A DNA stretch of 64,000 nt, from contig JAVQSZ010000004.1 of assembly GCA_033581555.1 (NCBI GenBank), positions 32,001 through 96,000 of the forward strand. The letters run 5' to 3'. Positions 36,840-46,549 of the stretch are shown piece by piece (position 1 is the first letter of the stretch; every line of letters starts with the position of its first letter). Under the pieces are notes generated by a model. It was not told the DNA's origin and ran no database searches. It saw only the letters and a program-made list of their open reading frames with translations. A program made the translations under genes and the position numbers. Source of the stretch: Nitrososphaerota archaeon. GTDB taxonomy: Archaea; Thermoproteota; Nitrososphaeria_A; Caldarchaeales; Calditenuaceae.

Positions 36840-38216
36840 TCAGCGTACGCTGGAGTATAGAACATGACCCGGGTCGAGAGCGTCCTTTATCTTAGAGAGG
36901 ATGGTCAGCGCCGGTCCCGGATCACTTTCAAGCCATCTCCTCCTCAACTGTCCGACGCCGTGGTGATGGCTTATCGTCGCACCGACCTCCAGCGCCGTTT
37001 CGAAAGCCGTCTCCACAATCTTCCAGTATAAGTCTGGATCCTTCTCGTACACGACGGTGAAGTATAGTGCGCCTCCGTTCGCGTAAAAGTGCGAGGCGTG
37101 AGCCAGGACTCCAGCGACTCCGGGAAGCTTACTGATCCTGCTCCGAATCGCCTCGTGGAGACCCGGGAGCTTGGACCACGTAGACGCGACGTCTATGGTC
37201 TCGAACCACAAGCCCATAGAGTCCAGGAGCTTAATTTCATTCAGGTAGTCGAACCTAGACTTGAGCCATGAGTCGTAGGGCCCGTCGCCCACGAAGTAGC
37301 CGCCCAGTTCCTCGACCCTCTTTCTGACCTTCTCCCACGTGGCCGTCACGAGCTCATGTTCGTAACCCTCGTAACCCAAAAGCAGCACCGATTTACTCGA
37401 ACCGAACCTCATTGCCGATTCGGCCTCGTCGGACAACCGGGCCAACGATGGCTTCATCCCCCTGATCATCAGCTCCTTCACGATCTTCAGGCCTCCGCTG
37501 AAGCTCGGCGTCTCAAAGGCTGCCTTGACCGAGTGCTTGGGCACCGGGAGCACCCTCAGCGTTGCCTTGGTGATCACGCCGAAGGCACCCTCGGATCCGA
37601 CGAAGAGGTGAACGAGGTTAGGGCCCATGGACGACCGAGGAGTTAGCACGTTCCTGGTCCACAGGATGTCCCCAGTGGGCGTCACGACCTCGAGGTTCAG
37701 GACCAGGTCCTCGACGTTGCCGTAACCCGTGCTGTACTGGCCTGAGCTCATCGACGCTATGCAACCGCCCACGGAAGCCAGGTGGAAAGACTGGGGCACG
37801 TGCCTCAGGGTGTACCCCCGTCCCATGAGCCAGTCTTCGAGGTCGCAGAGCAGGACGCCCGCCTCGGCCGTGACCGTTAGGTCCTCCTCGCTGAAGTCGA
37901 TCACCCTGTTCATCCTGCTCAAGCTCAGCACCACGCAGTCGTCCGAAGGGGCGGAGGCCCCCGTGACGCTCGAGCCGCCTCCGTGCACGACGACGCGGAC
38001 TCGGTGCTCGTTGGCCTTCCTGAGCACGTAAGAGACCTCCTCGGCGCTCTCGACGAATATCACGGCCCTAGGTTTGAACTTCCACGAGCCCAGCTTCTCC
38101 AGCAGCATCGCCAGAGGCCACCAGTCCCTCGAGTACTTGCTGGTCACCTCCGCGTCAGTTCTGACGTCGTCGCCCAAGGACCAGCTCACGTCCCTGATGA
38201 ACTCCTCTAGGCCCAT
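36840..38216 (-). CDS. FAD-linked oxidoreductase, alkyl-dihydroxyacetonephosphate synthase-like
   Basis: HGGGSSVTG, HVPQSF..ASVGG, GQYSTGYGNVED, PRSSMGP, GSEGAFGVIT, SHFY..G..LYF and SHHHGVG. Confidence 0.85.
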   Translation of the reverse strand: MGLEEFIRDVSWSLGDDVRTDAEVTSKYSRDWWPLAMLLEKLGSWKFKPRAVIFVESAEEVSYVLRKANEHRVRVVVHGGGSSVTGASAPSDDCVVLSLSRMNRVIDFSEEDLTVTAEAGVLLCDLEDWLMGRGYTLRHVPQSFHLASVGGCIASMSSGQYSTGYGNVEDLVLNLEVVTPTGDILWTRNVLTPRSSMGPNLVHLFVGSEGAFGVITKATLRVLPVPKHSVKAAFETPSFSGGLKIVKELMIRGMKPSLARLSDEAESAMRFGSSKSVLLLGYEGYEHELVTATWEKVRKRVEELGGYFVGDGPYDSWLKSRFDYLNEIKLLDSMGLWFETIDVASTWSKLPGLHEAIRSRISKLPGVAGVLAHASHFYANGGALYFTVVYEKDPDLYWKIVETAFETALEVGATISHHHGVGQLRRRWLESDPGPALTILSKIKDALDPGHVLYSSVR

Positions 38217-39598
38217 CTCAATGCCCTCCTCCAGGCGTCCACGTCGACTACGACCTCCAGTTCGCCGGGCTCGACGACCAGGTCGACGTCGACCCTCTCC
38301 TCCAGGTCCCGCATGGATATCCTGCCGTCGTACAGCGCCAGCAGCATGGCCACGCCTCTGCTCGAGGCGTCCGCTCCCCTCACCCTCTCGATCCTGCGGC
38401 CGCACGCCGTCGAGAGCAGCTTGAGGTAGCAGGTGCTGTTGCTGAGGCCACCGTCGACCCGTATCACGCTTCGTCTCCCAGCAACCTCCTCGACGGCTTC
38501 TACGATACTGTGAGCAGCCAGTACGAGGCCCTCCAAAACCCCTCTGACCAAGTCGCTCCTAGTGTGTGCCAGCGATAGTCCGTAGAGCAGTCCCGTGCAT
38601 CCCCTCCTCCTGGGGAACCTGGTCTCGGTAAGCGATGGCACGAAAACCGCCGAGTGCTTAGCCTCCGTGACAGCCTTGTCGAGAGCCTCCACTTCGTCGA
38701 GAAGACCGATCCTGCAGAGCCACTCCACCGTCGATCCACCTGCAGAAGTGTATCCCTCGATGGCGTAGGCCCTGCGACCGCCGATGTTGTAGACCACCAG
38801 CGGTATGAGCTCGCCACGCGGAATCGTGAAGTCGGATACCGACGCATCCACGAACGTCCCGGTGCCGCAGGTGATCTTCAGGCAGTCTCTCCCAAGACAC
38901 GAAGAGCCTATGATCGCGGACTGCTGGTCGGCTATCAGGGCAGCGAAGTCGACTCCGTCCATCGACCCGATGTGGCTGCAGTTGTCCACGATTTCGGGGC
39001 TCACCGACTCAGGTATGCCCAGCAGGTTGTAGACGATCTCGAGCCTCTTCGCCGTCTTGGGGTGAATGAGGCCTGTAAGGGCCTCGTTGGAGAGATCGTT
39101 GACGTACCTGTTCGAGGCGACGTAGGCGACGTAAGAGCTCAGCGTTCCGACGAACGCCTCCCCCTTCGAGACCATCTCCCTGAGCGCGGAGTCGTTCTCA
39201 AGGAGCCACTTGATCCTGACCGCGGGGCTGTCCGGCCGTATCACCTTTCCCAGCACGGGGACGAGCCTGAGCGCCCTGTATACCGGCCGTGAGGTTATCG
39301 CCCTGCCTCTGGCGTCGAGCCACGTGATCACGTCGGTCAGGGGCCGTCCGCCCTTGTCCCACGCCAGCACCGAGCCTCTGTAGGTGGTTATGCCGGCCAG
39401 CCTGACGCCGAGTTCCTTAAGCCTCCTCGCGAACCCCAGGAACGTCTCCCTTATCGCGGTCGCGCTCTGCTCGACGTGACCCTCAGCGGTCCTCCGGAGG
39501 GGCACGCTAACCCCCTCCTTGAGGACGCAGTTCAGCTCATCGTCGTAGACGCTCAGCTTGATGCTGCTGCTCCCTACGTCGACGACGCCGTACTTCAT
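38207..39598 (-). CDS. FGGY-family kinase (glycerol kinase/GK5-like)
   Basis: VDVGSSSIK, ITWLDAR, IADQQSA, KITCGTGTF and IRVDGGLS. Confidence 0.87.
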   Translation of the reverse strand: MKYGVVDVGSSSIKLSVYDDELNCVLKEGVSVPLRRTAEGHVEQSATAIRETFLGFARRLKELGVRLAGITTYRGSVLAWDKGGRPLTDVITWLDARGRAITSRPVYRALRLVPVLGKVIRPDSPAVRIKWLLENDSALREMVSKGEAFVGTLSSYVAYVASNRYVNDLSNEALTGLIHPKTAKRLEIVYNLLGIPESVSPEIVDNCSHIGSMDGVDFAALIADQQSAIIGSSCLGRDCLKITCGTGTFVDASVSDFTIPRGELIPLVVYNIGGRRAYAIEGYTSAGGSTVEWLCRIGLLDEVEALDKAVTEAKHSAVFVPSLTETRFPRRRGCTGLLYGLSLAHTRSDLVRGVLEGLVLAAHSIVEAVEEVAGRRSVIRVDGGLSNSTCYLKLLSTACGRRIERVRGADASSRGVAMLLALYDGRISMRDLEERVDVDLVVEPGELEVVVDVDAWRRALRWA

Positions 39599-40545
39599 CC
39601 CGCGAATACCTCCACGCGCTCGACGTCGCCAGTAACGTCGATCACCGCGTAACCCTCTCTCAGCTCGTACGTCTTTCCCTCGATCAGAGCTCTGGATCCC
39701 CTGTGACCTATCACGAGGAACCTCCTGAGGCATTCGCAGACGGTATGGGGGAAGACTCTCAGGTTCCCCCTCGCGATCACCTTCACGGTCTTCCCGCACT
39801 CGCAGGACATCCTGTCCGCCATCATCTCAGAGGCCTTCACCAGGACCTTCGGGTCGTAGACGTCAATTGCCGCGTGTCCTGCCGCGGGGAACTCCGGGAA
39901 CGGGTTCCAGGGTTCGAACATCGCTATCACGAGCGTGTCGACATCGAGGGCCTCTCCGTTGACGTACACGGACGAAAGTCTGCCGCGCCCCCTGACCCGC
40001 TCGACCCTGCCCCTCAGAACCGAGACGTCGTCGGGGACCATCGACTCGAGGTCGTCTCCTGATGGGCCGGAGGGGTCCACTATGACGACCCTTCTGGTGC
40101 GCTCCAGAAGCTTCACGGCGAGCAGCGCGCTGTACCTGTTTAGGCCGTATAGGACCACGTGTCTGCCCGGCAAGAGCCCCTCCATGAGGAGGTCTAAGAC
40201 CGCGTGGTAGGGGTACACGCCGGAGGGCCTGTCTCCGAGGATTCCTAGCTCGAGGGGCGTAAGGACTCTGAAGCCTGTGGCCACCACGCAGCCCTTCAGG
40301 CCTTCGACCCCGTCGCTCGAGACGGCCACCAGTTCGGATCCGACCCTCACGGCGGTCTTCTCGGTTTCCACCTTGACCTCCCGCGAGAGCTCGTCCACGA
40401 CGCTCATGGCCTCGGGGTCGATCACGGAGATGCCGCCCAGCTGGCGCCTCGTCTCGATGACCCTCGCGTCGATCCCCCTGTCGAGCAGATGTTTGGAGAG
40501 CGAGAGCCCGGCCAGCCCAGCCCCTATGACCGTTCTACCAGCCAT
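39595..40545 (-). CDS. FAD/NAD(P)-binding oxidoreductase (GlpA partner subunit type)
   Basis: GAGLAG, VVATG and GILGDRPSGV; overlaps glpA. Confidence 0.75.
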   Translation of the reverse strand: MAGRTVIGAGLAGLSLSKHLLDRGIDARVIETRRQLGGISVIDPEAMSVVDELSREVKVETEKTAVRVGSELVAVSSDGVEGLKGCVVATGFRVLTPLELGILGDRPSGVYPYHAVLDLLMEGLLPGRHVVLYGLNRYSALLAVKLLERTRRVVIVDPSGPSGDDLESMVPDDVSVLRGRVERVRGRGRLSSVYVNGEALDVDTLVIAMFEPWNPFPEFPAAGHAAIDVYDPKVLVKASEMMADRMSCECGKTVKVIARGNLRVFPHTVCECLRRFLVIGHRGSRALIEGKTYELREGYAVIDVTGDVERVEVFAG

Positions 40546-41936
40546 GAGCCCTCACCCCCCTTGACGAAGACTTCGGGTCTCAGACCAGTAAACCTGAACA
40601 CCTCGACTATCGCCCTGCCCAAGCAGTGCTGACCCTGACAGGACCCCATGCCTAGTCTTGTCCTGAACATGACGCCATCGAGCGTCTTAGAGCCTGCCCT
40701 GATCGCGTCCTCGATGTCAGCCGAGCTGACGGCCATGCAGGGACAGACGACGGTGCCTCTCGGGCCCTTGACCGCGAGCGGGTCGATCTGAAGGAGCTCC
40801 CGGGTCCTATGCGCGAAGTCGGGATTCCTGAGGCCGCTCTTCGGCTTGAGATCCAATCCGGCCCTCTTGAGCATGTCCAGCACTGTCACGGCGATGGCCG
40901 GTGCTGCCGTGAGCCCCGGCGACTCCACGCCCACCAGGTTCACGACCCTGAAGGTCTTCGGGGAATAGGCGATGACGAAGTCGCCGCGGACGTGTGAGGG
41001 CCTCACGCCGGCGTACGCCTTGAGGGGTCTGCCCTTGGTCCTGACGAGCCCGCCGAACCTCGCCACGAGCACCTCGACGTCCTCAGGATAGACTCCCTTG
41101 TCGTCCCTCGAGCCCCCTCTGACCAGGTTAGGGCCCCAGATGGTGTTGCCCCAGACCGTTGGGATTATGCCGCCGCCCTTGGTCTCACCTCCGCGGACCA
41201 GCTGGAGGGGCGCAACGACGCTCCTCACTTGAAGCCCGTCGAAGACCAGCATCGCCCCCCTCTTCGCGACTAGGGACTCCTTCGCTCCGCTGAGGTTCGC
41301 TATCCTGTCGGACTCTAAACCGGCAGCGTTGACGAGGAACTTCGACTTTATTGGACCTCGGTTGGTCCATAAGACAATATAATTCGGCTCGACTTCTATT
41401 CCTTCGACTTTGGTGTTGAAACGGAACTTCACACCACGAAACCTCGAGACGTCGTGCAGCTTGTACACTAGATCGAAGGAATCGATGACGCCGTAGCCAG
41501 CTATCCTGATAGCCGCATAACCAATCACGTTGGGCTCCATGGCCCTCAGCTCCGTACAGTTCACAACCGATACGTCGAAACCCTTGGTTCCGTAGTAGAG
41601 CCTCAGGACCGCGTAGACGAGCGGCAAGAGGAGGAGCTGCCCTAACGAGCGAGCTACCAGAAGCGCCGGAAGGCGCCAGAGTTTCACCTTCAGATCCGCG
41701 GCCACCGCGTCGTACATCCTGTTGCCCCGCAGAGCTAGCGCGCTCTTCACGGACTTAAGGGGTAGCTGGACGACGTGCAAAACGCCCGCGTGTCCCTTTG
41801 AAACACCGAAACCCGGCTCTGCCTCGCTCTCTACCACTACGACATCGACCTCGTATTTCGATAACTCATAAGCAACGAAAAGCCCCACAACGCCGGCGCC
41901 GATTATCGCGACGTCGTGAGCCCTGTTACCCTCCAT
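40524..41936 (-). CDS. glpA: FAD-dependent glycerol-3-phosphate dehydrogenase-like protein with BFD-type [2Fe-2S] tail
   Basis: IIGAGVVG, VNAAGL, YAGVRP, GVESPGLTAAPA, VCPC and RTRLGMGSCQGQHC. Confidence 0.78.
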   Translation of the reverse strand: MEGNRAHDVAIIGAGVVGLFVAYELSKYEVDVVVVESEAEPGFGVSKGHAGVLHVVQLPLKSVKSALALRGNRMYDAVAADLKVKLWRLPALLVARSLGQLLLLPLVYAVLRLYYGTKGFDVSVVNCTELRAMEPNVIGYAAIRIAGYGVIDSFDLVYKLHDVSRFRGVKFRFNTKVEGIEVEPNYIVLWTNRGPIKSKFLVNAAGLESDRIANLSGAKESLVAKRGAMLVFDGLQVRSVVAPLQLVRGGETKGGGIIPTVWGNTIWGPNLVRGGSRDDKGVYPEDVEVLVARFGGLVRTKGRPLKAYAGVRPSHVRGDFVIAYSPKTFRVVNLVGVESPGLTAAPAIAVTVLDMLKRAGLDLKPKSGLRNPDFAHRTRELLQIDPLAVKGPRGTVVCPCMAVSSADIEDAIRAGSKTLDGVMFRTRLGMGSCQGQHCLGRAIVEVFRFTGLRPEVFVKGGEGSWLVERS

Positions 41937-43647
41937 GAGACTCCTTCCCCCGACGGAGCCGATAGTTCAACCACCTTGAAGCGAAGAAGGCCACGCTTGC
42001 GACCACCATCAGAGGCGCGCCGAAGAACCCAGTGAAGGCCGATCTCATTAGCGAGTTGAAGAAGAACAGAGCGTCGTTCATGTCAGGGGACGGGAACCTG
42101 AAGCTGGCGCCGTAATCGACGTAGAACGGCAACGCGTAAGCTAAGCTGACCAGTATTGCGGCCAGTGCCGTGAAAACAGAGATCACGAGAGCCCTGAACA
42201 AGTCCCTCCTCGAAGGCACGAACTCTACTACCCCGATGATGGCGCCCGCGACCAGCCCTCCGACGATTGCGCTCGTCTGAATTCTGCTGATCAGCCATCC
42301 GAACGACTCTATGTCTGAGAGGCTGAAGGGGCCATTGTTCAGCGCGTAGGAAGCCCAGAAAGACAGCTCATACGCCAGCAGTCCGATGATCAGCGAAATC
42401 AAGTGCCTCCGCAAGCCTCTGACCACGGTCACTTTGACCGCGAGTCCTGTCACAACGACGGCGAAGGAAGTCGCCGCGGCGGCCAGGGCTAACCTGAGGT
42501 TTCCGCCTCCCTTCCTCAGGTCCTTGGTCATCGAGTCGTAACGGCTTACGGGATCCGTTGTGGGATCCGTCCTGAGTCCGGTCGCCTCGCTTAACGCTCC
42601 GACCACCCTCAGCCCCTGATCGATCGATGCTCTGAGGTAACGCTCAACGGTATCACCCGGAAGTGCAAAGCCTCCACCCAACACGACGCCTATGGAGTTC
42701 GCGGGAATCTTCCATCCCATCACCATCGATACTGTGGGAGCGACGTCGTTGTGCGTGAACGCATCGTCATAGACGCCGGGCTTCACGACGGGTCCTAAGA
42801 ACAACAGGAAGACCCTCCTGACTTCGCGCTCTGGTCCTCCGTGATGTGCTCCTCTCTTGAACCCGTGATCGGTTAAAATGACTATCAATGTGTCATCGCT
42901 TAAGCCGTCCCTTTTCAAAGAATTCAGGAAGTTCATGGTCAATTGGACTATGTTCACTACGGTCGCGTTGTACTCCTCTCCTGGAAACCCAGCTTTGTGT
43001 CCCATAATGTCTACGTCATTTACCCCAACCCACAGGAAGACCTTATGGCCCATGTTTGCGTGCCTCTTGAGGAGCTCGAGGCCTTTGCTCAATGAAAGGG
43101 CGCCGTGCCCTCCACCGTCGCCGACGCTCACGCACTCGTCGATGAGGTGCGAGAACAGGGTTCTGAAGGAGTCGTCGCCGCTGCAGAGTATCCTGTACCC
43201 AGATTCCTTGGCGACTTTGACGAGACTGTCTACCTTGAGGGTCCTCTTGAAGTCATTCGAGGACGCCTCGTTCAGTTCTGGAGGGGTCCCGGTAAGTATG
43301 GATGCCCTGGCGGGCAAGGAGTAGGAGGGCATGTTAGACAGGCCGTTCGGGTAAAACGCGCCGAGTGAAAGGAGCGATGCTATGTGGTCGTGCTTGCGGC
43401 TCAGGTCGGTCAAGACTCTCACGTCTAGGCCGTCGAGCAGAACGAAGACGACGTGCTTCGCTGCGGCCTCTCCCGAGACCTCTACGCGATCGACTTCGGT
43501 CAGCGCGTCCAGGTACGGGTTCCTGTAATCGATCCAGCCGTTGTAGGCGCTAAGGGCCGTGGAGGCCGCAGCATAGGAGAGGGCCGGAACGAGGATGAGG
43601 GCGATCGCGAGGGACGCGTAGAATAGCTTCACAACGCACTCACACAT
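41926..43647 (-). CDS. Alkaline-phosphatase-superfamily membrane enzyme (PIG-N/G/O- or NPP-like)
   Basis: VLLDGL, PSYSLPAR..ILTG, DIMGH, LTDHG and HHGG; N-terminal anchor plus multi-TM C-terminus. Confidence 0.8.
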   Translation of the reverse strand: MCECVVKLFYASLAIALILVPALSYAAASTALSAYNGWIDYRNPYLDALTEVDRVEVSGEAAAKHVVFVLLDGLDVRVLTDLSRKHDHIASLLSLGAFYPNGLSNMPSYSLPARASILTGTPPELNEASSNDFKRTLKVDSLVKVAKESGYRILCSGDDSFRTLFSHLIDECVSVGDGGGHGALSLSKGLELLKRHANMGHKVFLWVGVNDVDIMGHKAGFPGEEYNATVVNIVQLTMNFLNSLKRDGLSDDTLIVILTDHGFKRGAHHGGPEREVRRVFLLFLGPVVKPGVYDDAFTHNDVAPTVSMVMGWKIPANSIGVVLGGGFALPGDTVERYLRASIDQGLRVVGALSEATGLRTDPTTDPVSRYDSMTKDLRKGGGNLRLALAAAATSFAVVVTGLAVKVTVVRGLRRHLISLIIGLLAYELSFWASYALNNGPFSLSDIESFGWLISRIQTSAIVGGLVAGAIIGVVEFVPSRRDLFRALVISVFTALAAILVSLAYALPFYVDYGASFRFPSPDMNDALFFFNSLMRSAFTGFFGAPLMVVASVAFFASRWLNYRLRRGKESHGG

Positions 43648-43668
43648 GCAATTCGGGCTGAACGCGAT

Positions 43669-45495
43669 TTAAGGGTTGCAGCCATCTTCGTCGTGAATCG
43701 GAACAGACCGACTGGACTTGTTGAGTAGCGCTTCTTGGGCTGCGGTAATTGGTGGGGCGCTCTTCGACGCAGTGAGCTCACGGGTGAACGCACGGGTCAT
43801 TCGCGCGCTCTCGGACCGGTAACGGGTCCCACGTTCACGGTCGAGTCCTAGTACGTAATTTCGCAGCAAGTAAGTCATGACGCCCGCCACCAGCGCGGTG
43901 ATCAGGTTGCCGACCGCATGGAACTGACCATATGCTACTCCCAGGAGCAGGTACCACGCGATCAGGGGCCCGAGGAAGATCCTCTCTCCGAACTCGATCA
44001 GGAGCATCAAGAACGTGGTGAGGCCCGCGACCAGCAGGAGGGCCCTGACAGGCCTCCGCCTCACGAACGGTATCCACGGCCAGAGCGTGAGGATCGGTGC
44101 GAGTAGGACCACTGTCCCGAACCTGTTGTAGAGGAGCGAGGCGACGGCTGCGACCGAGAGTGCGACCATCACGGGGAACGGGTGCGCACGTCCCCTCTGA
44201 CGGAACATGACTGCGGCCGCGACCGGAGGAGCGAGGAAGAGGGCGAAGACCAACGGGTCCGGCGAGTAAAGGTATGGATGCCGCGGCGGAGGAGGGTAGG
44301 TGTCGTACCTCGGTATCAGGCCGAGGGCCGGCGAGACCGATACGAGCGAGAAGGAGACGACGAAGGCGGCCGCGTAGACGCCGAGCTCGAGGAACGCGCC
44401 CTTGACCTCCCTCCTCCTCTCCCAGAGCGATGCCGCGTGGACGATGACCGGTATCGCGAGGACCGAGGGAGCGACGTACGTCACCGGACCAGGCACGTAA
44501 CGGCCGTCCAGCGCGAGGTAATCGTCGTCGTATGGAGGTACGCGGTCGGCCTCGTCGAGGCTCTTGACCAGTGCGTAGACGTAGCGGCCGTAGGCCTCGA
44601 AGGAACTGACCCTCATGTTCTCCATCGTGTCCTTGGGAGTGTGGTAGACCTCCCTCGCGAGCTCGGGAGCGTCGCCCCTGGTCGATACCTCGATCGCGGG
44701 GATTCCCTTAGCGATGATGGGCCCCTGATCCGTGAAGGAGATGTCGACCGCCCTATAGACGTACTCCCACAGGCCGCTCGGGTCCTCGACGCGGACTCCC
44801 AAGCGATCGCCCACGTCCCTGCAGAGCCTCCTGAGCCATAGCGGAGCGTACCCGGAGAATTGGCCCATCGACTCGAGGTAGATCGACGTCAAGTTGCCGA
44901 CCGTGAGGTCCTCGGCGACCACCACAGCTCTGATCGGCGGGCCCTCGTACCGCTCGACGAAGTGCCTCGCTCCCTGCATCCCCCACTCCTCCGAGTCGAC
45001 GAAGGCGAAGACGATCTCGCGCCTGTTGGGGACTTCCCTCAACGACCGCGCCAGCTCGAGAAGGACTCCGACGTGACCGGCCGTGTCGCTCGCTGCCTGG
45101 TAGCTCGTGGGGGCCATGTCGTAGTTGACCAGGACGACGACCGCATCGGGGACGCTTCCTTTGAGCGACGCGTAGACGTTCCTCCCGTTCCTGGGCCGCT
45201 CGAGGACCACCTCGAACTCCTGGACCTTTACCTCGTAGCCCATCTCGCGTAGCCGGTCGCTGATCCAGAGGAACGCCCGGAAGGCGTCCTCGCTCCCTGT
45301 AGTCCTATATGGGAAGCGGGACGCTAGCTCGGCGGCGTACTCGTAGGCTTTGGTCGCGTTGAACCTGATCTCCTGGACGACCGGCTCGATCTCCGGCACG
45401 ACCGGCTCCGAGACGAGGTGGAGCAGCAGGAAGGCAGCGACGCATGACACGTAGACCGCGGCCAGAACCCTATTGTCTCTCAACGTCGACGCCAA
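43669..45495 (-). CDS. M28-fold membrane protein with multi-TM C-terminus
   Basis: NVYA, VNYD (usual His replaced by Asn), ASDTAG, DSEEWGMQGA, TDQ and YHTPKD. Confidence 0.82.
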   Translation of the reverse strand: MASTLRDNRVLAAVYVSCVAAFLLLHLVSEPVVPEIEPVVQEIRFNATKAYEYAAELASRFPYRTTGSEDAFRAFLWISDRLREMGYEVKVQEFEVVLERPRNGRNVYASLKGSVPDAVVVLVNYDMAPTSYQAASDTAGHVGVLLELARSLREVPNRREIVFAFVDSEEWGMQGARHFVERYEGPPIRAVVVAEDLTVGNLTSIYLESMGQFSGYAPLWLRRLCRDVGDRLGVRVEDPSGLWEYVYRAVDISFTDQGPIIAKGIPAIEVSTRGDAPELAREVYHTPKDTMENMRVSSFEAYGRYVYALVKSLDEADRVPPYDDDYLALDGRYVPGPVTYVAPSVLAIPVIVHAASLWERRREVKGAFLELGVYAAAFVVSFSLVSVSPALGLIPRYDTYPPPPRHPYLYSPDPLVFALFLAPPVAAAVMFRQRGRAHPFPVMVALSVAAVASLLYNRFGTVVLLAPILTLWPWIPFVRRRPVRALLLVAGLTTFLMLLIEFGERIFLGPLIAWYLLLGVAYGQFHAVGNLITALVAGVMTYLLRNYVLGLDRERGTRYRSESARMTRAFTRELTASKSAPPITAAQEALLNKSSRSVPIHDEDGCNP

Positions 45496-46549
45496 GCCCC
45501 TTCAGTCCCTCCAGGAAAGACGCGGGGTCGATGACCGCCTCGGGCGGGAGCACACCCCTCTCCGACACCTCGCCCCTCAGGATCGAGTGAGCGCCGAGGG
45601 CGGCGGGCGCAGCCGTCAGCTTCCTCATCCTGTTCACGGAGCAGTAGCTAACCCGCCTCTCGCCCCTCACGGCCTCGACCCTGACGCCGCTGAGCCCGAC
45701 CCCTCCGACCCTGAAGACGCCCTCGATTCTGTGGATCGCCCTCGAGAGCTGCTCGAGCCTCTCCTCGGTCGAGGTCAGCCGCATTCCGACTAGCGTCCTG
45801 AGCAGACCGTTCTGCCACGCCGGGACTAGGCCCCCTCTCACGGTCACGTTCCTAGAGACCCTGAGGTGACTTGGTATCGTGAGCGGCTCTGGGTGGCCCA
45901 CGTAGTACAGCTTCAGCTTCCCGATGAAGGGGAACTCGAAGACGGCCGGAGACGATCCTGCCCTCACCTTGGTCAGCCTGCCCTCGAGGTACATCGGGAC
46001 CTCGCCCGTGACGGTGTGGAGGAGGTGCATCACGACCGCGAGCCCCTTCGAGTCGGCGGCCGACCCGAACCAACCTATGTTCACCTCGTCGACCTCTCCT
46101 CCTAGCTCCTCGCAGCACCTCTTCGCAATGACATTAGAGAGCCCTGGCGTCCACCCGAGACCGGTTACGAAGGTGACGTCCTTCTCGATGGCTCGCCGGT
46201 GCAGGCCGAGGATCCTCTCGGTGGCGTCGTGGTCGTCGCAGACGTCGACCGCGTCGATCCCCAGCTCGATCAGGGCTGAGGCCACGACGTGCCCGTACTT
46301 GAAGAACGGCCCCACGGCGCTCACGACGACCTCATACCCTCTCGCTGCGGTCATGTCCTCCCTCGAGGTGACGTCGACCTTGACGGCCCCAACGTCGCCC
46401 AAGTCTTTCAGGGACCGTGCGACCTCGAGCGCTCGCTGGACGTTCACGTCGCCTATGTCGACCTCCTCTCCGAGCTTCACCAGCTCCTCGACTATTCCGC
46501 CCCCGATGTCGCCGGCTCCGCCGAGCACCAGGACGCGCCTGGACCTCAT
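45470..46549 (-). CDS. Saccharopine dehydrogenase-like oxidoreductase
   Basis: LGGAGDIG, AVGPFF, DVCDD, GLGWTPGLSN, GHPEP and GVLPPE. Confidence 0.85.
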   Translation of the reverse strand: MRSRRVLVLGGAGDIGGGIVEELVKLGEEVDIGDVNVQRALEVARSLKDLGDVGAVKVDVTSREDMTAARGYEVVVSAVGPFFKYGHVVASALIELGIDAVDVCDDHDATERILGLHRRAIEKDVTFVTGLGWTPGLSNVIAKRCCEELGGEVDEVNIGWFGSAADSKGLAVVMHLLHTVTGEVPMYLEGRLTKVRAGSSPAVFEFPFIGKLKLYYVGHPEPLTIPSHLRVSRNVTVRGGLVPAWQNGLLRTLVGMRLTSTEERLEQLSRAIHRIEGVFRVGGVGLSGVRVEAVRGERRVSYCSVNRMRKLTAAPAALGAHSILRGEVSERGVLPPEAVIDPASFLEGLKGLGVDVERQ

